Positions 48,601 through 55,992 of a stretch of 55,992 nucleotides of DNA are shown here, one piece after another. A program made the translations under genes and the position numbers. The notes under the pieces were generated by a model. The model was not told where the DNA came from and searched no databases. It was given only the letters and a program-made list of their open reading frames with translations. Source of the DNA: Catajapyx aquilonaris (Eukaryota). How positions within the stretch are numbered: the stretch's first letter is position 1; each line of letters begins with the position of its first letter. The stretch is taken from assembly GCA_000934665.2 (NCBI GenBank), contig KZ538146.1, positions 62,001 to 117,992 on the forward strand, read 5' to 3'.

Positions 48601-50869
48601 AGCTGTCCACCACCTTTTGAACTCCCCCATTGACAGTTTCCGCCTTGTCATGACGCAATCTGCAAAATGAGTGCCTCTATCGTGAAAAAATGTCATTCAT
48701 CTTCCAGCTATGGCTATCTGTGCACTCTAATGCCACTTTGTGGAGTATATATCGGTGTATAAGCGCAAAATTAGGATATGCACTGAAAATGTTTTAAGTG
48801 ACATCCCATAGTTTCTCAATGTATGGAACCGCCACCTACATGCACATAAGTTCCGTGAAGACAGCGGAGGTGTGACGTTAGTACCAGTGCCCGAAATTAC
48901 ACTATCGACAAAAAGAGAAAGCTCCGCTGGCTATTTCCCTATGACATGTCAGATGCAGTTATGTCAAGTTTTTTCCAAGTGCATTTATCGAAAATAAAAA
49001 TACTCTTATGGATGCGATATAACTTACGTAAACATGATTGTTGAGACTAATGACAACGTACTTTTTGGGTTCGGGTATATTATATGGAGTGGTATATTAT
49101 ATGGAGTGGAGTAAAAATAATTATATCGTCAGAAATCATCTTGGTTGACATGTGTGCAAGAAAATCTGGCCTGGAATACGAGCTGGTTCAACTCTTGACT
49201 TTGGTTTCCAATGCGGGGTTCGTATGTATAAACTTTGAATTTCATTGCAGCGTGATCAGTTAACTTTCATTCAACTTAACATTAGCAGAAATATATTTAC
49301 TATTCATAAAAGTAACTTCTGCGCAAAAACATCCTATAGACTTAAAACTTAGGATGAGCAATAAATTAGTTCAGAAGGAACACCCTGTAATAATTTAGGA
49401 AGCCTACATAAATCAGTTGCACAGTGCCATAAACTGCCCCCCCCCNCCCCCCCCCCCGCTATAACTCACTACCACATACGTAATCTGATCTCTATAGCTC
49501 TATAGGCATTCCTAAATGCCTAATTTGGGATTTAATTCGAATGAAGCTTTATGAAGATGTATCGTCAAAATAAAACTTAATGACCTCCTTAGATTATGAC
49601 ATTCATATAAACCATCAAATCCCAACTACACTTTCTTTCTCCGCTGTTTCCCCCCGACCATATCTCTTGCTGCATGAGAGAATTTCATTCTTTGACGGCC
49701 TGGATTTTTCACTCTATAGCAATTAGTTATAGAAATTAGTGTCATTTTACTGTACGAAAAATTTATTAGTACTGATCATTGGTTATTTTTAATGAAAAAT
49801 CCGATGGTTTAGTCACGCCCCCTTTTTCAAATTAAATTCAATTATACGGTACTTTCAAGGTTTACATCCTTACATGCGTCTTGTTGCTGGCTGATTTTTG
49901 CCTTGAGAACAATATTTCATTAAAGTGAAATATTGTTAATTGATAACTGAATTTTCTACGGTGTATACCCTGTACTTCATCTTGTCTACAGTGTCATTTC
50001 CCATATTTTGCCAAGATAGTTATGCTGAATGCAATCTGTGGGGCCTAAATTCAGTCATCATGGGGTTACTCCTTGTCCCCCTTATGTGTGTGACCCATAA
50101 TGCATTGTAATTCATCAAATATCGCCATATTTATAAAATGACAAAATTTATTAACGAGCTTTCCCATCAATCAATACGATAGTCAGGGAAAAATAGTGAA
50201 ACTTGTTACTCCATAAGGAAACAAAAATAATTACAGAGATTTATTCCCAAACAGTCCCATAACACTTTTTGTGGTGATTTTCACGCATGTAAAGGGCAAC
50301 TGTTCCCTGAGTAATAAAAATGAAAAAACCCAATTAACATTCTTTATTTTACAAATGACCACAGAAGGAGATATAAATCTTTCGGAAGTTGAAATTTATT
50401 TTTATGTCAATGATGACGTCCCATTTTATAGTCCCATAGGCTATACTGCATTTTCACTGTTGAAATAGTAGAAATACACCATTTGAAGTGTTGCCACATT
50501 ATGTGATTATAGGCTCTCGAAATCACCGAATTTATTAATATACAATTTTAGTGAACAATACGTAACTACAAATATTAGGCATAATCTGCTATTGCCACAT
50601 AAAGAATAAAATCAAAAAACAAACAAGCGTATTCGGTAGGCTTACTTCGAATCCCATCTTTTCACATCTCAGAGTCATTTTAAAACATCGGCGTCTAATA
50701 TTATTAGGAACAATTTCCACTAAAAAATTATCAAGACAAGCACAAAAAGTATTCCTATAGAACAGAATACCTTTCTTCATACTGAAACTCAGATAAATAA
50801 TAATTTCTGTCAACAATGTTTCCTCATTCTTGGACAACTGCAGAGTACTTTAATAAGCACGTGATGTAA

Positions 50870-51000
50870 CAGTGGTGGAAATTAATGGATAAGCACAAAG
50901 TATAGCCGTCTGGGGAAGCTTTTCCTTTGATTCATGTAAGTTGATGGAAAAGCTCCGCCAGGCGGCGATACTTGTGCTTATCCATTAATTTCCACCACTG
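50870..51000. mobile_element. Small, nearly fully palindromic Tc1-type MITE
   Basis: CAGTGGTGGAAATTAATGGATAAGCACAA ... TTGTGCTTATCCATTAATTTCCACCACTG|TA; arms about 55 bp, loop about 20 nt. Confidence 0.85.
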
Positions 51001-51922
51001 TACTATGCTATTTAAAAAATAGTATATACTGAATACTATCCAAACCCTTTTATGCTGGTTCCTTTCGTAAAACGCTGAACCATGGCCGCCATAGTAAAGC
51101 ATTACGGAAGGCCGTGGAAGGCAATCTGAAAATAGCCAGTGTTAGTAGGTAAGACTTGAATGTCGACTCCTCAGGCGTAAACTCTCCTTGCCATTGAAGA
51201 ATGCAATCATCTCCGCATTGCCACCCATTCACCACGCAGCGATATAATGATTACTGCCCATCTAAACATAACCCTATCACGTCCCTGACAGTTTGGACAA
51301 GCGCTTGTCTTTCTCTTGAATGCACTTAGCTGCGTACTTTCAGTTCCACAGCAGCACCATTAAAAATAACACCTTCTTGTTATGCTAACAACGTCCTTTA
51401 TTCCTTAAATTTAAGGGCTAACCTTCACAGCTCACGACTGACTGGAGCCATGAAATATGCATCCCGAACCGAACCCCTTGGTTTGATTCATTTCCACGAC
51501 TTTGCCGTCATTCTATGTGCCCTTTCACGATCAATGACAATTTTTTTTTCCTTGCATGATCCGGACATCACACCGTGGATCCCTTGAAATAGTCTTTGCC
51601 AGTTGAAATACTGAGCTAGCCTATTTGACTCTGAATTTTGTTGTCAAGCAGTATGACTATGGCTACTTCTTACATACAGCTCCACAATTGGCACATTCTT
51701 TACAGCCTTGCCGCAGGGATGACAGTGAAAGGGTTTTAGGAAGAACAGCAAGGTAGATTCGTTTTTTGTTATGAGACTTCTTCTGCACGTTTCTCACGCT
51801 ATTTTAAATCGCAGGTCAACTGACAACTTGTTATGTACTGTACGCTCTCTTCTCTGTGTGTAGTTATAAGGCAATAGTGCTGTCCTAACTATGAACACTT
51901 CTAGCCAAGGCTAATATTGGGT

Positions 51923-51924
<2 letters not shown>

Positions 51925-51996
<72 letters not shown>

Positions 51997-52012
51997 GTTA
52001 TTATTATTATTA
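51925..52012. repeat. (ATT)n microsatellite
   Basis: Direct reading. Confidence 0.95.
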
Positions 52013-52385
52013 TATACAATGTTCCATTCAAAAAAATTTAAAGATGCATTTAAAAATCAATTATCTGTCCATTTCCTGGGCGCATTACACGGATGTCAGG
52101 TTAACGCTAGCCTGGGGCTATGTCTCGTAGTGTGCGCATCATTTGTGGAGGTCTCAAGTGGTGTATGCATGTGAAGACGAACGACTTTCTCTCGGCAAAG
52201 TCATCCTCAGGGGCCATATGACCCTCTTTTTTTATTCCTTTCCCCCCTACAACTTTGCTTATTACGGCGAGTGGCAGCACCGGCAGATGGGCGCGCATCA
52301 TTCTGTTGCCGCCGGACGTGACGTCACTATATACCTACCCAACCACTGGTCTAATTCGACCTCTAACCTTGCCTTCACCGCCAGA

Positions 52386-52464
52386 TATAAAAAGAGGATT
52401 CTCCCCCCAGCGCCCCTCACTCACTATTGTGCATCTATTCCCAATTAGTAGGACTCCTCTGCAG
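52386..52464 (+). promoter_or_regulatory. TATA box and non-coding first exon of probable gene 4
   Basis: TATAAAAAGAG at 52386, Inr-like TCACTC at 52417, donor CAG|GTGAGC at 52465. Confidence 0.6.
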
Positions 52465-54825
52465 GTGAGCTATTCTGCATTTTCCATTTTTGACCAGTGA
52501 CCAGTGGCGACCCGCGGCCTCTTTTTATAAACCAGCCATCGGATTGTGGTGATGCATGTGCCAGTGCGCGGTGAAATATTTTGTAGCAGCGGTGTTTATT
52601 AGATAAAATAAAGATTTTTTTCACAATGGATTAAGAATTTGGAATATTGATAATATCTCATATTGGTCATGAGAAATAAATTATAAGTGGCCAGAGTGTG
52701 CCACTACATGACATTTTGATTGAAAAAAAATCAGTGCATGCCTTAACAATCACGTTAATTATTATATAAACTGTTAGAAATCAACAGATTAGCCATAATT
52801 TGATTTTCTAAACAGGTATTTTGTGGGGGCATATCAGCGAGCTACCTGAATAGGAAGGCATCTATTACCACATTTGTTGGCGGTGTGTTGGCGTGAACGG
52901 AACGTGTATTACATTGTGCTGGTATGCTAGCATTATAATTCATCAACTCCGCATGCTTTGGAAAGTAAACTTCCTGAACGTAGGTGGATGTTAAAGTCAA
53001 TAACGCTGGTCGGTCCAATAAATTCCGAATAAGTCAATAACGCTATAACTCATAACACACTATCAATAGGTCTAATCAGCAATATGATCTCATGTAAAAA
53101 GTTTAAAAAATGGAAGATAACAAAATGAACACCTCATATAAACACGATATCACGGTAAATATAGGTCTGTAGCACATCCTGTCATATTGTACAGTACCTT
53201 CCGCATGTTTGTCACGGACAAAAACCTGCATATTGCGCAATGCCGTGAGGTAGGTTAGCTTTCATGTCACCCCGTAGGTATCGAGACAAGAATGATGAAA
53301 TGAGCCTGGCAGACGTGCACACAATTTGAATGAGAAGGTCCAAACGTACAGTGTTTTAGGTCATACAAGACGTACAGTATGTAGAGAAAAACTCCTCGCA
53401 ATGCAAATCCGAACCATTACGAACATCTAAAATATCACGATTCTGCATTTTTCATCATTTACAACGCCATCAAATCACGATTCGCCATCTCTCACTGATT
53501 TCAATGGAGAAAGGTAGGTTGTGAACTACTTTGCATATTGCTCGATTAATCCGAGCAATCCTGTCCAAGTTGATCCTCACGTTTTTTTTTTGGAATCTTC
53601 GCGTTCGTCTAGCACACGCGAGTCTACATATTCAAAAGGGGCCACAGGACCACCCTCGAGGTTTCGCTATCCAATCACTACGTGCAAATATCTGCCTATT
53701 ACGCGACATGATATTTGACGGTTCAACGACTGCGTTTTCTCTCACGTAGCCCCCCGTCTGTTCGACTCCTCTTTGAAAGTTTTTCCGTGTTGATTCTTCA
53801 AGAGAAGGGGTTGAGAGGTAGTTGAAAGGGCAAAGTGATCAGCAAAGATGATCTTGTATGAGCACCGCCTCTTACCTCCTTCAATCCCACCCCAACTCCC
53901 ACTACCTGTGCTCATTACCTAATGGCGGTCCTATTCAGGAACAGAATCAGCTCTTTTGTAAAATAGAAGCTGGAGAGAATGCAATGTCGCCTACCTCCTG
54001 ACCCACTTGGGGTACCTTTTGCGGAAGAGGATTACACCCATCGTGGCAATACTTGTATATGGTCCCCCCCTTCTCTTCATCGTGACTCACGTATCACACC
54101 ACGTGACGCAAATGTACATGGCGCGTCATAACTTCCCACCTGTCGCTACATGTCACTCGCAAATTAGAGTGATGAGTTAGGGGCATCATGTTACAGTGTC
54201 GTAATTTATTACTGATCGAGACTTGACGGAATAGTGGTTGACAGTGAAAGCAGTTGATTTTTGATGGTTGTACAGAGTTGTCACGGTGTTAACCACGGTG
54301 GTGTTAACTCATGCTGTCCACTTGTTTCGAATATCGTGTGTGATAAATTGCATAGGATCGGACAATGTCGCATGTCTGGAAAAATGTGACACGACTCATA
54401 TACATATGTGTCAAGCAGTGGGATGGGACTTCAGACATCCTTCGACAACCTAGTTACACCTATATTCTGCGTATAAGGCTGGAGTCTTACTTGTGCTGTA
54501 TGACTTATGCAGAGGTTACAGTGTCGTAACTTATATTGCTCTCCTAGTATGGTGGTCACTTAAGAACTGTCCTGCTTTTTTATAAGAATAGGCAGTGGGG
54601 TTGTCAATTTCTGGAGACAACAAAGGAGGTCAAGGACTTGTTTATTTCACCGTCGCAAAAATACGACAGGTGCTGGAGAGCATTTGGCTCTTCTTTCAAG
54701 TTGCAAAACAGGAATGGCTGCAACCAGTAACCTCTTACGCTGTTCTATAGACGACAGGAAGGTTAGACTGGGCAACAACCTTCAAGCTGTGAATGACTTA
54801 TGCTTTGTTCTGCAGGGATATCAAG

Positions 54826-54865
54826 ATGCTGCGTTCCTTGGCTGCCATCTCGCTGTTATGCCTAG
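54826..54865 (+). CDS. Start/signal-peptide exon of probable gene 4 (secreted protein; rest outside window)
   Basis: Acceptor TTTGTTCTGCAG ends at 54815; AAG-ATG; MLRSLAAISLLCL(G); donor CTAG|GTAAGT phase 1, the same C-L-G junction as gene 3. Confidence 0.65.
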
Positions 54866-55738
54866 GTAAGTACACAGCTATTTTGGACAACAAAAATGTA
54901 CAGATGATTAATGAGGATGGCCTACTTCCTTGGCGGCAACTCTCACTGTTTGTATATGAACGTGTTTAAAAGTGTTTGGCGGCCTGTTTAAGCGTTTGAC
55001 AGACTGACTAATCAGTCCTGGAGACAACCATTGTTATGACTTGCCTTTTCTGTTCAGTAATGAAGCGCACATTTCTGAGGCCAATCTGGCGTGCAAAAAA
55101 GAACGAACTGCTACTTTTCCGCAAAAAAAAAGTAATCTCACAATCAACATGGTGGGACAACTCATTAAGAGTGATAAGCCACAATATGGGCGGAATTTCA
55201 GGCCTCCTGGAGTGGAAAATTTTCTTGTCTCATTTCTGGAAGTTGTACTTTGTGAACCGCAAATTATACTCACAGTATTTTCTCAGTGGGAGGTGACTCC
55301 CGCTGGAATAACTGGCCAAGCATGTAAATTGTAGTTAATAAACCCTTCTCTTATCTCTTTACAGCCCTTGCATATGTAGGTTCCATGCCTTCTCGACATA
55401 GGGTAAGTATATGGATTTTATGCAATGGGGTCCTAGCCTTGGGCCGGGATTTGGGTAATTTGTACAGGAATAGCTCAACCATACATATAAACATGCATTG
55501 CACCACTTTTCGGCACCAAAATGTCATTACTCGATAAATTATCGGGGGTTTAAATGTCAATCGAAAATTGGCGGGGAAAACGGGGGTGTGGCCTACAAAG
55601 CGCATTCCCACTGCTGCCTAACCAAGCTAGGGCAACAGTGACGTCAGCAGGCTTAACTTGCTTAACTTGCGGTCGTCCGATTCCGTTGTTAGACAACAAA
55701 CGAAGGAACAAAGCAAGTGCATTCCTGCCACTGCACCG

Positions 55739-55967
55739 CCCTTACCGAAATTTTCTCTACCTCGCGGCGAGGTCGTCAGACGAGCTTATGGCCACCCAAC
55801 CGCATACTAGCGGTTGTTTCATTTCGCTATGTCGCGGGCGAAGTCGCGGCGAGGTGGCGGTGGCGAGGTGGCCGCAAGGTGGCGGTGGCGAGGTGGTCGC
55901 GAGGTGGCCACCTCGCGACCACCTCGCCACTATATTGATATTATATATAAATTAATTTCGGTAAGGG
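55739..55967. mobile_element. CCC-terminated TIR element (animal CMC/EnSpm-like MITE) with internal GCGAGGTGG repeats
   Basis: 14-bp TIRs CCCTTACCGAAATT / AATTTCGGTAAGGG; repeated GCGAGGTGG in both orientations; no clear TSD. Confidence 0.7.
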
Positions 55968-55992
55968 GACCTCGTCATGACGAGCTAGCCGC

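Noticed and set aside
43186..49389. Solo mariner-type ends GGAACACCCTGTA at about 43186 and 49377
   Set aside because: Same orientation with no matching left TIR identified, so element boundaries cannot be supported

Overview
Eukaryotic genomic DNA, almost certainly arthropod: spliced genes, SINEs, MITEs and microsatellites, with no prokaryotic features. The window holds a same-strand (+) tandem cluster of secreted single-domain chitin-binding proteins (peritrophin-A/ChtBD2/CBM14, CPAP1-like). Three complete genes can be reconstructed by hand with consistent splice phases: gene 1 CDS 693-4576 (140 aa), gene 2 CDS 12446-16234 (127 aa) and gene 3 CDS 27581-36971 (596 aa, long charged low-complexity tail). 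The promoter and signal-peptide exon of a probable fourth gene (52386-54865) run off the window end. The most unusual signal is that each of the three complete genes carries one sense-strand intronic tRNA-like element. These keep a 7-bp acceptor stem (a different Watson-Crick pair at 1:72 in each copy), the D-arm and the T-arm, but have aberrant or missing anticodon arms and unrelated flanks; two sit in the homologous intron. Also notable: a Tigger-type element resembling mammalian MER2, a possible recursive (AG|GTAAG) splice site, a 1-kb foldback element with a nested SINE, Helentron-associated-like elements and two speculative convergent RING-finger remnants. All family assignments come from motif recognition, not database searches.
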